Source: Carcharhinus amblyrhynchos
Lineage: Eukaryota
Length of the DNA stretch: 64,000 nt
Assembly: GCA_965287045.1 (NCBI GenBank)
Contig: OZ336870.1
Location: 148,056,001-148,120,000 of the forward strand
Direction of reading: 5' to 3'
Under the pieces are notes generated by a model. It ran no database searches, had not been told where the DNA came from, and saw nothing but the letters and a program-made list of their open reading frames with translations. Positions 13,011 to 25,543 of the stretch are shown one piece after another (positions within the stretch are counted from its first letter, which is position 1; each line of letters opens with the position of its first letter). The position numbers and the translations under genes were made by a program.

Positions 13011-15790
13011 TAGTTTGATTTGATTTATTATTGTCACAAGTATTAACATACTGTGAAAAGTATTGTCTCTTGTGCACTATACAGACAAAACATACCATTC
13101 ATAGAGAAGGAAACGAGAGAGTGCAGAATGTAGTGTTACAGTCATCGCTAACTTAATGCAGGGTCAGTCCATTCAAAAGTCTGACAGCAACACAGAAGAA
13201 GCTGTTCTTGAGTGGGTTGGTACATGATCTCAGACTCTTGATTCTTCTTCCCAAAGAATAAGGTGGAAGAGAGAATATCCGGGTTCCTTAATTATGCTGG
13301 CTACTTTGCCGAGGCAGCAGGAAGTGTAGACAGAATCAATGGATGGAAAGCTGGTTTGAGTGATGGGTTGGGCTTTGTTCATGATCTTTTGTAGTTCCTT
13401 ATAGTCTTGGACAGAGCAGAGCCATACCAAGCTGTGATACAACTAGAAAGAATGCTTTCTATGATGCATCTGTAGTGTCGGCATGGGGGGACCAGGGCAG
13501 GTTGTTGGTTATTTGGAAATGTAACCATCCTGAATACCGTTGTGTTGACATGTTGACTGGTCAGATAACATCTGGTCACTGCACTGTTTCTATTTCAACC
13601 TTGATTTGGTCTAAACGTGGGTAAGAGACTTGTTGTAAAAAGGCAAAATGGTTTAGTATTAGCTCATAGGGTGATGCTTTTTCCCTAGCCTTTTAAAAAA
13701 TTGCTCGAATGACTCGAACCGTTCTACTTTGTTCCCATTGATATAGACGGACATGTTCTCCTTTAAGCTTTCTGAAGTCGATGACAATCTCCTTTGTTTT
13801 GTTGACATTGAGAGAGAGATTATTGTTGCCGCATCAGTTCACCAGATTCTCTATCTCACTCCTGTACTCTGTCTCATTGTTGTTTGAGATTTGACCCACT
13901 AAGGTGGTGTCATCAGCAAACTTGAAAATCAAATTGAGGAATTTGGCCACACAGTCATAGGTATATAAGGAGAATACTAGGGGGCTGAGAACGCAGCCTT
14001 GCGGGACACTGACGTTGACGATGATCATTTAGGAGGTGTTGTTGCCTCCCCTTACTGATTTGTGGTCTGAGAATTAGGAAGTTCAGGATCCAGTTGCAGA
14101 GGGAAGTGTCGAGGCCCAGACCATGGAATTTGGAGATGAGGAGTTTCCTGGAAATAATAGTGTTGAAGGCTGAGCTGTAAATAAATAAGAGTCTGACATC
14201 AATGTCCTTGTTATTTAGGTGTTCCAGGATTTAGTGCAGGACCAGGGAAATGGCATCTGCTATGGACCTAATTGTGGCAGTAGGCAAACTGTAGTGGACC
14301 CAGATGGTCCAGGAGGCTGGAATTGATTCGTGCCATGACTAATCTTTCGAAGCACTTCATGATGACAGATGTCAGAGCTACCAGCCAATAGTCATTTAGC
14401 ACACTGCTTAGTTTTCCTTAGGTACCCGGGATGATAATGGGGTATAATGTTAGCAAGTGTGAGGTTATCCATTTTGGCAGAAATAATGGTAGGAGGGATT
14501 ATTATTTAAAAGGCGAAAAGCTGCAGCATGCTATGGTGCAAAGGGACCTGGGGGTCCTTGTGCACGAGTCGCAAAAACCCAGTCTGCAAGTGCAGCAGGT
14601 GATCAAGAAGGCGAAGGCGAATGGAATGTTGGCCTTTATAGCAAGGGGGATAGAGTATAAAAGTAGGGAGGTCTTGCTGCAACTGTACAGGGCACTGGTG
14701 AGGCCGCAGCTGGAGTACTGTGTGCAGTTTTGGTCGCCACGCTTGCGGAAGGATATATTGGCCTTGGAGGGAGTGCAGAGGAGGTTCACGAGGCTGATAC
14801 CAGAGATGAGGAGGTTGGCCTATGAAGAGAGACAAAATAGACTGGGTCTGTACTCGTTGGAGTTTAGAAGGATGAGGGGGGATCTTATAGAGACGTATAA
14901 GATAATGAAGGGGGTGGATAGGGTAGAGGTAGAGAGATTCTTCCCGCTTAGAAAGGATAGCAGGACTAGAGGACAGAGCCTCAAGATAAGGGGGGTGCAG
15001 TTTAGATCAGAGTTGAGGAGGAACTTCTTCACTCAAAGGGTGGTGAATCCCTGGAATTCTCTGCCCGTTGAAGTGGTGGAGGCTACCTCGCTGAATATAT
15101 TTAAGTCACGGGTAGATAGGTTTCTGATAGGGGAATTAAGGGTTATGGGGGGAAAGCGGGAAAGTGGAACTGATCCACTTTAGATCAGCCATGATCTTAT
15201 TGAATGGCGGGGCAGGCTTGAAGGGCTAGATGGCCTACGCCTGCTCCTGTTTCTTATGTTCTTATGATGGTCATCTTCTTGAAACAGATAAAGACCTCAG
15301 ATTGTTGTGAAGAGAGGTTGTAGATGTTATCATCATAGAATCATCGTAGAAACCCTAATGTCTGTGAATACCCCTGCCAGCTGATATGCGCAGGATCTGA
15401 GTGCATGTCCGGGTACCCCATCCGGACCAGTTGCTTTTCATGGGTTGACCTTCAAGAAAGCTGCTCTGACATTTGCAGTATGACCCCAGATACAGTTTCT
15501 TCCAGGGTAGAAGGCATGCTCTCACTGACCTCTTGCTCAAAACAGATGTAGAACACGTAGAGCTCATCAGGGAGAGGTGCGTTGGAGCCAGCAATTTTAC
15601 ATGCCTTCATCTTGTAGCCTGTTATGTCTTGCAGACCTTACTGTTGTCGGCAGGGGCTAGTGTGGCTAGCCTGGCGCTCTAGTTGGCCCAGCACTATCTT
15701 TTGGCATCTTTGATAGATCACCTTAGATCATACCTGACTTTCTTGTATAGGTCAGTGTCGCCTGACTTGAACGCCTCAGACCTGGACTTC
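13010..15790 (-). mobile_element. Rex1/Babar LINE, degenerate, split by a CR1 insertion
   Basis: [23 protein letters not shown]...KFADDTT (ORF 13834-14028). 3' end matches copy 146-1072. The element resumes after 15265. Confidence 0.8.
14443..15266 (+). mobile_element. young CR1 3' fragment nested in Rex1
   Basis: ORF 14431-15183 is closely related to the 5950-7818 copy. TTCTTATG tail present. Confidence 0.95.
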
Positions 15791-16022
15791 AGCAAGCAGT
15801 GGATATCCCGCTGCATGCTGAAGTTCTAGGTGACCGGAATCACAGTGATCCACAAAGAAGACAAATATTAGAGAATTTCTGCACCTAAACTGCGAAGATT
15901 CCTTGGGACGGTGAACCAAGTTGGCAAATTTCTGAATATAGCAGAGGTCACCGGGTGGGTCGAGGTAAAACTTTTGAGATGGGAATTTGGCAACAAAATT
16001 GTTTTTTCTGGGCAACAAAAAT

Positions 16023-16310
16023 GGGTGGCATGGTAGCACAGTGGTTAGCATTGCTGTGTCACAGCGCCAAGGACCTAGGTTCAATTCCAGTCTTGAGTGG
16101 GGCTTGCACATTCTCCAGTGTCTGGAGTGTGAGACGAAACCAGGAAGAAACCCATGCAAAGGTATACAGGTTAAGTTTATTGGCCATGCTAAATTGCCAC
16201 TTAGTGTCAGGGGGATTAGCAGCTTACGGGGAGAGAGGGACTGGATGGGATTGATGTCAGTGCAGGTTTGATGGGCCAGTGGCCTCCCCTTGCACTGTAG
16301 GGATTCTATG
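16023..16310 (+). mobile_element. HE1-like SINE with CR1-type tail
   Basis: tRNA-like head and gcactgtagggattctatg 3' end. Confidence 0.8.
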
Positions 16311-16409
16311 AAAGAATTAAACAATTTTTCACCTCCTCTGAAATCTTGGTTCATTATTATGATAAAAATTAAAGACTACAGTGTTGCCCACTGGTCTGGG
16401 GACAGTAAA

Positions 16410-16890
16410 TTCTTTCATTGGAGGTGGGCATCACTGGCTAGACCAATATTTTTATTGTCCACACCTAATTGCCCTTGAATTGGTGCCTTGCTCAGCTGAG
16501 CCACTGCCTTGACCTGCTGCAGCCCAAGTGATGTAGGTACAACTACAGTGCTGTTTGAGAAGGAACTCCAGGATTTTGACCCAACGACAGTGAGTGAACA
16601 ATAATTTATTTCCGAGTCAGGATGGTGGGTGGCTTAGAGGGGAACCCCAGGTGGTAGTGTTCCCATGCATCTGCTATCCTGCCCTTCTGGTTGGTAGGCA
16701 TCATGGATTTAGAAGGTGCTCTCTAAGGACCCTTGATGAGTTCCTGCAGTGCATCTTGTAGACGAAACATTGTGCTGCCAATGTGCATTCGTGATGAAGA
16801 GAATGGATGGAATGTCAGTCAAGCCGGTTGCTTTACTTTGGATGGTGTTGAATTTTGAGTGTTGTTGGAGTTGCACTCATATAGACAACT
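16410..16890 (-). mobile_element. old CR1-clade 3' fragment
   Basis: Similar to the 3' end of the 2800-5250 element (attgtcc...cttgaa...ctgcag...gaactccaggattttgaccc). Confidence 0.6.
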
Positions 16891-17540
16891 CTATTTGAAG
16901 CTTACAATAAAGAATTGGAAGACCTGCATTACACAACACCTCCATTCAGTCTGCAGGCATGATCTTGAGCTTCCATTGACCTGCCATTTTAATTCTCCAC
17001 CTAGCTTTCCAAGCTGGAGTCTCATTACCTTGGCCTCTGTGCTGTCCCAGGGAAGCTCAACATAAGCATAAGGAATTGCACATCTTTTTGCAGTTAGGGA
17101 CTCCCCCAGCCTTCTGAACTCGACATTGAATTCAACAAATTTCAGACTGTAAACTCTGTCTCTTTCGTTCCCACCCTAGCCCCTTAACCCCCCAACCCCT
17201 TAACTCCCCCCGCCCCGCCCTTTTCAGTGGTTTTATTTTTTCTTATAGAAACTGATCTGCTCTGGGCACTTTTTTGTTTCTTTTCCTGCCTACCACCATT
17301 GCCTTTGGTCTTGTAGGACTAAATGTTCTGTAACTTAATCTCCCCTGTCTTCCACACTGGCACAGACCTTCATTTTGTCCTCCTTCCACTTGCCACTTAT
17401 TGTAATTTTCTGATGAAAAAATCATCAACCTGAAGCATTAACTCTGTTCCTCTCTCTACAGTTGCTGCCTGACTTGTTCAGTGTATCAGTATTTCTGTTC
17501 TTAGTTCAGATTTCCAACATTTGCAATATTCTGCTTTACC
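16890..17540 (+). mobile_element. Penelope-like element remnant (GIY-YIG end and terminal repeat)
   Basis: HLHSVCRHDLELPLTCHFNS-like frame, followed by a degenerate terminal repeat (ctgatga...cctgaagc ttaactct...gctgcctgact) seen dispersed elsewhere in the window. Confidence 0.55.
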
Positions 17541-17966
17541 ATCCCAAAGTAAGCTTCTTCCTTCTGCACTGTGGAGGAATATGGTTGGTCACATGAGAAA
17601 ATACCTGTGTTAGATACAAACTTCCTTTATGTTGCTTACTCCCTACACTGATGGCCCAGTATTTGTATATTCCACACATGAAATATGCTTCTCAGAAGAG
17701 AATCTGGAAAGTAAATCATATTCCTATTCACATGTAAATATTAATAAAATCCCTTATTCTGATTTCACAGCACACTGGGTTTTCTCCTCAATGTTTTATT
17801 ATTAAGACAATATCCAATGTGTCTATTGATGATGCATTCATTTTCACATTTTCTTATTTAGAGCAAAGTATAGAAAAATTTTATTATATTGAAGGTTATG
17901 TTACATCAGTGAAAAATAATGTAAATTGCAGAACAAGTATTTCATGTGCATCACTGTACATTCCAG

Positions 17967-18134
17967 GTATCTTTACAGACACCTTCTTATGTTCTACAAC
18001 AAAAATTCTGATGTGGTGAGCCAGTCTATTTTTTGCATTGAATCTGGAAGAAAAGTTCTTACTGTTAAGGATCGTACTAATTTTCACCTTTATCTGAATC
18101 AACTGCCAAAAGGAGCTGCACAGATTAAACAATT
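17967..18134 (+). CDS. ADAD1: ADAD1 coding exon
   Basis: ttccag/gtaagt boundaries. Encodes YLYRHLLMFYNKNSDVVSQSIFCIESGRKVLTVKDRTNFHLYLNQLPKGAAQIKQL. Confidence 0.95.
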
Positions 18135-19669
18135 GTAAGTCGGGAAATAGAACAATGTTTTGAAATAGTCTGTTCCTGAAATGGTGTAGATTTGTATCTG
18201 AGAGATATTTCTTATTTTATACGAATGGCACCCATATATTTTGTTGAAGATTACATTCCCAAATGATGACTTGTTTGAGGGCCATTTTCATTAAATACCA
18301 GAAGGCAATTATGTTTGCTTGTTTTTAACTATAGCATGTCCAATGAACATAAGTTTCAAAAGAAAGAATGTATGTGCACTGAATATTTTACATTCTCTGT
18401 ACTTAATCAGCAACTTCAACATTAGAAAATTATTTCATAATATAAAGTTTACAGACCTGATTAGCATATTACAAACTCCATTCAGTACACAAATCATCTA
18501 TATATGTTAAATTTGCTATTTATACTTGTTATGTTCAGTAATCTGTCATTTTATTTAGGTCGCAGCACAAAAGGATTTCCATTATTAAGTGAGCAGTTAT
18601 TGGTGTCGCTAGTATTAGCTCTATACGCCATACTCCTAGATTGAGCTACATAAACTTAAAAGTTCGCCACTGTTTTCCGTTGACTGAAGTTTGCATTGAT
18701 CAGTTGATTATGGGTAGTTTACTGATGATCAACTTTCCTTTGTGCACAATTCCTGCTGCTAATGAATAACAATAAAAATAACATATTTAATCCTTTCAAC
18801 TCCAAGGGCCTTGACCTAACATCATTGAGCTCAGCTAGCTGTTTTGTTTTTACTTTGTATTACAGCTGTGTCCACCATTATCAGTAAGATAGTAAGAAAG
18901 AAGCTTGTTGAAAATTGGGTTCTTCTGGCTGCCAGTGGTGGAGGAGCCAGGAAATCTCAATTCCAAAGTTTCTAGGGAAGAGATGCAGGTGCCAAACATT
19001 TTTTAATTATCTTGGCTTTATTATTAAGCTTGCTTCTAGAACCCCACCCATAATTCCTTTGACAGATGATTACTCTTGGACATCGGAGTTCAATGTAATT
19101 TTTCAGGAGTGGCCAGTGATCCTATACCTAAGTGAAATATGTAACACAAGCATCTATAGAAGTAAATCTCACTGAGCCTTGGATGTATGCATCAAGTGAA
19201 CTCTTATTACATAATATTTCAGTGAACTTTTCTAAAAACAAAACTTTCTAGCTTTATGTTTACAACAAACTATTTCAGGTGAAATCCATCAGATTTCTGC
19301 AAATGCATAGCAAAACTGCCAGCACGCACTTGCAAAAAACAGATTAATATTTTAGGCTGGTTTCTGACTTCTAATGGCTGATTGAGACTCACCCACTATT
19401 GTACTTTGAAAAATCAAACATTAACTTACAATGTAAATTAAGGCAATTGCAGGTATTCAAATCTTCAAGTTCTTTCCTGTTGTTTGAGTATTTGTTGTTT
19501 GTTCTGCTCTCAACCCCACAAAGTGATCCACTTATTTTTTAATTATGATAAAACCTTAAGCTCAAAATGTTAACTTTTCCATTTGCTTTATAGTTGCTAA
19601 GTGACCTGCTGTAATTTCCACTATTTGCTCTTTAATCTTAAAAGGAAACATGTAACTTTCCTCACATAG

Positions 19670-19902
19670 GCATTTGGCTCCTCACTCGATATCTACCTTT
19701 CATACTAACAAAGAAATGGAACTTCATGTTATTTTGGATGGAAAAGTGTACGCAATTAGTCATTGCAGTCCTGAAGTAACCAGTAGTAAAGTGTGTAGCA
19801 TGTCCGCCAGTGATAAACTTACTCGCTGGGAAGTGCTTGGAGTTCAGGGAGCGCTACTGAGTCACTTCATTGAACCCATTTACATCAACAGCATTCTTAT
19901 CG
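19670..19902 (+). CDS. ADAD1: ADAD1 coding exon
   Basis: catag/gtgagt boundaries. Encodes HLAPHSIS...[35 protein letters not shown], containing the ADAR-family WxVLGxQGALLS motif. Confidence 0.96.
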
Positions 19903-20779
19903 GTGAGTGTGATATTTCAACATTTGGTATTCTGCTAAAATGTATTGCATTTAGCTTTCATTATTAAAGAACTTGATACATTTTGAAAATTTTTGCACTT
20001 ATTAAAAATTTTTTAGCTTGTCAAAAGGTTGTATTTTGTGATCCTTTTATAAACTTCACTCACATTGGTCACCGAAGGTGACTCCTGTCAAGTTTGTTCC
20101 ACTCGAGCTTCTGTTATTTCCAATTCCTGATGAAATCAAGTAGCAGTTGCTTCAAGTATAATTTGCAGTAGCACCTGAAACAACTTTGCTGAACTCTTAA
20201 TGCATTACTTTGCCACGATATGTATTTTGAGGACAAATCTTGAGGGCTTTTATGTGCATTAAAGAGAGGACAATCTTCTAACCTAGAAATCATTTTGGGG
20301 TTTTGTAAAAGTTAGATAAAGTAGATGACAAGGTGCATAAAATTTAAAATCTAAGGCCAAATAAATAAACCATGAGACATCATGAGTGGAGTTCTCTAAT
20401 CTTGTTCATTCCCGCTCTGCTCCATTCACTGCAGTGGCACTGGAGAATCCAGCCCAGGACGAGTTTGGATGTTTCCAGTGTACATCACCAAAGGTTTGCT
20501 GAAGAAAAGTGACAAGAATTTTAAATGGTCGTGACAGTTTGTACTGCATTAGTATCTTGTCATGTTGTTTTACTTCACATGCATTTAAGTGCAAATAAAT
20601 CTAAACAAGCTGTTTATCTTGTACTTATCAATCTGGCAGGATACTATATTCTGTCTTCTGAAACAAAGGAAGATTATAGTGGGGCATCCTACTTATTTTG
20701 CAGAAAGTAGTTTACAATGAGTCACTGTTATACACTTATTCATGTAAGCACAGAATAAATTCATTGAGTTCAGTTTGGA

Positions 20780-22775
20780 AGTGGGAAAGTTCAAATTGAA
20801 GCCAAGGTGTTAAAGTTGAATAAATGAAACTATGAAGACACGAGGGACAAATTGGCTGAGGTGCATTGGGAAAATACATTTAGAAAAATGAATGTGCATA
20901 GGTTACAGTCTTCAAAGAATTATTACATGGCTTACAGCACCTATACATTTCTTCATAGTGCAAAAACTTAAAGCCAGTTAACCATTGTTGACAAAGTTCA
21001 GGAATGTATAGAATTTTAAAAAAAGTTTATAAAGTCAATAAAAATAGTAGTAAACTCGAAGATTGGAAGGTTTTTAGAATCACCAAAGGAAGGCCAACAA
21101 ACTGATAAAGAAAGGGACAACAGAATATAAACACAATCTAGCAAAAAACATGAGTGTAAAAGCTTCTATAGGTATGTAAGAAGAAAGTGTTTGGCTAAGA
21201 CGCATGTGGGTCCATTCCAGGCAGAGTCAGAAGAATTTGTAATAGGGAATAGAAAATGGTAGGGAAGCTAAGTGATTTCTTTGTGTCTGTTTTCACTAAG
21301 GAAGATGCAGTAAATCTCCAAGATGTAGAGATTCAAGGGATTAGGGAGAATGCAGAGTTGAAGGAAATTAAAGTAAATTAGTTATATTGGGGAAATTAAT
21401 CTGACTGAAAGCTCATAAGTCCGTGGGACCTGATATCATGCATCCCAGAGGTTTGAAAGAGGTTACTATAGAGATGATGGATGCATTAGTGATCATCTTC
21501 CAGAATTTTATAGATTGAAAGGTAGCAAATATCATGGCACTATTTAAGAACAAAGGGAGAGAGGAAACCTGTTAGCCTTACATCAGTGGTAGAGAAAATG
21601 CTGGAATCTATTATAAAGGATGTGATAAATAGACATTTGGACAATTGGCATAGTCGGCGTGGATTTACAAATGGGAAATCATATTGACGAACATAGTGTC
21701 ATAGAGGTTTACAGCATGGAAGCAGGCCCTTCCACCCAACTTGTCCATGCTGCCCTTTTTTTTAACCACTAAGCTAGTTCCAATTGCCTGCGCTTGGCCC
21801 ATATCCCTCGATAGCCATCTTACCCATGTAACTGTCTAAATACTACTTAAACAACAAAATTGTACCCGTCTTTACTACTACTTCTGGCAGCTTGTTCCAG
21901 ACACTAGCCTCCCTTTGTGTGCCCCTCTGGATCCTTTTGTATCTCTCCCTCTCACCTTTAAACCTATGTCCTCTAGTTATAGACTCCTCTACCTTTGGGA
22001 AAAGATGTTGACTGTCTAACTGATCTATGCCCCTCATTATTTTATAGACCTCGATAAGATCACCCCTCAGCCTTCTACGCTCCAGAGGAAAAAGTCCCAG
22101 TCTATCCAGCCTCTGCTTATAACTCAAACCATGAAGTGCTGGTAGCATCCCAGTAAATCTTTTCTGCACTCCTTTTAGGGTAACCAGAACTGTACACAGT
22201 ATACCAAGTGTGGCCTTACCAATATTGGTGTTTTTTTTTGAAGATGTTATTAACAAAATTGATAAAGGAGAGCCAATGGATATAACATATTCGGACCTTT
22301 CGAAGGCTTTTGACAAAGTCCCCCACAGAAAGTTAATTAGCAAAATAAAAGCACATGAGATAGGAGGCAACATACTGTCATCAATTGAGGATTAGCTAAC
22401 AGGTGGAAAACAGTAGGAATTCAGGTTATTCTCACATTGACAGGCTGGGCTAGTAGGGTACCACGAGGTTCTGTAGTTGGGCTCTAGCTATATCAATTAC
22501 CTGGATGTGGGGACCAAATTTAATATTTCCAAGTTTGCAGATGATAAAAGCTAGGTGTGAATTTGTGAGGAAGATGTAAAGTAGCTATAGGAGGATTTGG
22601 ACAAACTTGAGTGAGTGGGCAAAAATATGACAGATGGAATATTAAGTGGAAAAATGTAGAGTAATCCATTTTGTTAGAAGGAATGAATGTGCAGAGTATT
22701 TTCTAATGGTGAGAAATTATAAAGTGTAGATGTACAAAAGGTATCCTTGTCCATAAGTCACTGAAGGCTAGCATG
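20780..22775 (+). mobile_element. degenerate CR1 ORF2 (interrupted by an opposite-strand CR1)
   Basis: Fragments such as KAFDKVPHRKL (ORF 22210-22395) and KFADD. Confidence 0.85.
21695..22220 (-). mobile_element. CR1 3' fragment nested antisense
   Basis: VQKRFTGMLP...RRRLRGDLIEVYKIM in ORF 21843-22373, with a CR1 tail at ~21700. Confidence 0.9.
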
Positions 22776-22899
22776 AGCCTGTTAAAAACCTGTTTAAAAT
22801 AAGTTTAAAGCACTTTACTCTTTGTAGAACTGTTTAAAGCATTTATTTATTGTATTTACTGCTTTAAGAATTCTGAGGGTGTGGTGAAAAGGCATTTGT

Positions 22900-23630
22900 G
22901 GACCAGCCTGCTTTAAATCAGCGCCAGGTTTAAAAGGAGGCCTGGTGTAGACAGCGGGCAGCGTCTGAGCGGGCAGCGGAGTGAGTGGGAAGCAGAGTGA
23001 GTTAATAGGGCTTAATATCAAAAAGGGCTGGAAGGAAAAAAGGCCAGGTGAGTTTGTTTGAAAAAAAACAAGGAAAAAAAATTTTTTCAAAACTACTACA
23101 GCAAGAAACAAGGAAAAAAAATTTTTCCCCATAAAAAATTACAGTGAATAATGGAGGGGCATGTGATGTGTGGTTTCTGTATGATGTGGGAACTGGCGGA
23201 CCCCAGGGTACTTCCCAGTGACCATGTCTGCAGTAAGTGCAGGTTGCTGGAGGAGCTCCAGCTCAAGGTGGATGAGCTGGCCTCTGAGCTACAGACACTG
23301 AGGCTCATCAGGGGGAGAGAGGGTGCCCCTAGACTGGCTAAATCTAAGGGTCAGGGACAAAAGGGGGCTGCTGGGAGGAGGAGGAAGGGGGGTGAGGAGC
23401 GGAGGCCTCAGCCTCTTAATCTGCATAACAGGTTTGAGGTTCTTGCTTCCAGTCTGGAAGAGGACGAGGCAGGTGAGGTTGGTGAGCAAACTGCACACGG
23501 TACAGTGATGCAGCAGGACATAGGCAAAGAGAAGGGGAAAAGGAACGTAGTAGTGATTGGAGATAGTGGGGTGAAGAGTATTGACACTGTCCTTTGTCAC
23601 AATGACAAAGTGCACAGAAGGGTGTGTTAA
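22900..23630 (+). mobile_element. CR1 5' end: 5'UTR plus ORF1 (Zn-finger/coiled coil, start of GDSL esterase), 3'-truncated
   Basis: ORF 23151-23630 has CGFC...HVCSKC, a leucine-zipper-like LEELQLKVDELASEL, NRFEVL, and VVVIGDS. The upstream UTR is GC-rich with short repeats. Confidence 0.85.
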
Positions 23631-24531
23631 TAATGAAACTCTAGAATATTTTGAATCAGTATGCTTTGGATTTGGCAAGATTTGAAGTCTTCAGCTGACA
23701 AAGCTGACCACAGTGTTTAAAATGCCAACAAAGTAAAATGATTAGCAGATTCTTTGCTCTTTATTAAATCCAAGAAATTTATCTGCTTGACCTTTTGAAC
23801 AGAGATTGTTGATTGCTTTCATACATTTTTGTGACTTCTATCAATGATGATGAGCTCTCTGATGTCGCCACATCAGAAAAGGGTTCCAGCGCCCCTACCC
23901 TACTGTCCTGTTTTAAATCCACTCTAACTGTTGGCTACACAAATGGGAGAGTCATTTTTTTTTACTGTTTCATAACTCTTCACAATCTGTAGCAATGATT
24001 TGGATATGGGGAACAAATGTAATGTTTCACAATTTACTGATGACACAAAACTTTGTGGGAATGTAAGTTGTCAGGATGATGCAAAGAGGCTTCGAGGAGA
24101 TTTAGATAGGCTAAGTAAGTGGATAAGGACATGACAGATAATGAGGAAGAATGTGAATTTATCCAATTTGGTAAGAAAAAATATGGATGCATTTCTTCAT
24201 TGAAGAGAGATTGGGAATTTTTGATGTCCAGAGAAACATGGGTGTTCTTTTTCATACGTCACTGAAAGTTAACATGCAAGTGCAGCAAACAACTAGAAAG
24301 ACCAATGGTATGTTGACCTTTATTGCAAGGGGAATTGAATACAGGAGTAAGGAATCTTGCTACATTTGTATAGAACTTTGGTGAGACCAAATCTGTAGTA
24401 TAGTATGCAATTTTGGTCTCCTTACTAGGGGATGGACCTACAGAGGGACTGTAGTGGTGTTCCACCAGACTGATTTCCAGGATGGCAGGATTTTCCAATA
24501 AGGAGAGATTGAAGACGTGGGGCTTGTATTA

Positions 24532-24845
24532 GAATCATGGAACCCTTACAGTGCAGAAGGAGGCCATTTGGGCCATCAAGCCTGCACTGATAACAATCTC
24601 ACCTGGGCTCTATCCCTGTAGCTCCACGTATTTGCCCTGCTAGTTCCCCTGACACTAAGAGGCAATTTAGTTTGGCCAATCAACCTACCTCATCTTTAGA
24701 CTGTGAGAGGAAACCAGAGTACCAGGAGAAAACCTACGTAGACACAGGGAGAATGTGCAAACTCCACACAGTCACCCGAGGCCGGAATTGAACATGGGTC
24801 CCTGGCACCGAGAGACAAGTGCTTCCCACTGTGCCACCATGCTGT
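24532..24845 (-). mobile_element. HE1-like SINE
   Basis: Reverse complement of the SINE head (ccactgtgccaccatg) and CR1-type tail (cagtgcagaaggaggccatt). Confidence 0.8.
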
Positions 24846-24871
24846 TCTTTAGGGTTTGAAAAAAAGAGAGA

Positions 24872-25543
24872 TGTTGTGGGACAAAATTAGCTGTCAAGCA
24901 ACTTTCAGACGTCCCCTTCAAATACCAGACAACAAATTTCAGAGTTTTTTTTAAAATCGGCCTTTATTTCTTTGAGCGATAGCAAGGAATCTGATATGCC
25001 AGCTGATGGCGCAGCAGAGAGTCTGGAATAGAGCATTACACAGACAGTTGTACTTCGAGGTCTTACATAAGCATATATCAATCAGAGATTTACATTTGCT
25101 CAAAAGTTATCTGTATCAACTCGCAACTAACAGTTAGGATTACATAAGGTATAACATAAGGGGATGGTTGCCTAATAACTTGTGCATGTTTATCTAATAT
25201 ATCACTAAGCAAGTATTTATTTCTATATATCTATGAACTTCTAGACCCAATTGTGATAGCTACATGTCGACCTAGTGGTATATCAACCCCTTATGTCATC
25301 CCATGTTCATGTCCTTTGTTAAAACAGACACTAACAAACTGCAGATGCGCACAATTCAAGAGGCTTTGTGTGTAGGTTGTGTGACTGAGCTCTTCTTTAT
25401 AATTGGAAGTTTTGTGCCCCTTAACTCTTAACTGCATCTGCTTTAATCAAGACCTGTAGTTTTCTCAGTTTTCCTTTGTGTGACTTGAGCTTAGAAGCTT
25501 GCAAGTTGTGATTTTTAATCTGACGTGATGATTAACCCTTTCA
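24872..25543 (-). mobile_element. solo LTR (ERV/LTR-retrotransposon)
   Basis: TG...CA termini (minus strand TGAAAGGG...CCCACAACA), near-perfect 5-bp TSD agaga/agagg, CCAAT+TATAAA at ~25396-25406 and AATAAA at 24963-24968 in the correct order on the minus strand. It interrupts a CR1. Confidence 0.75.
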
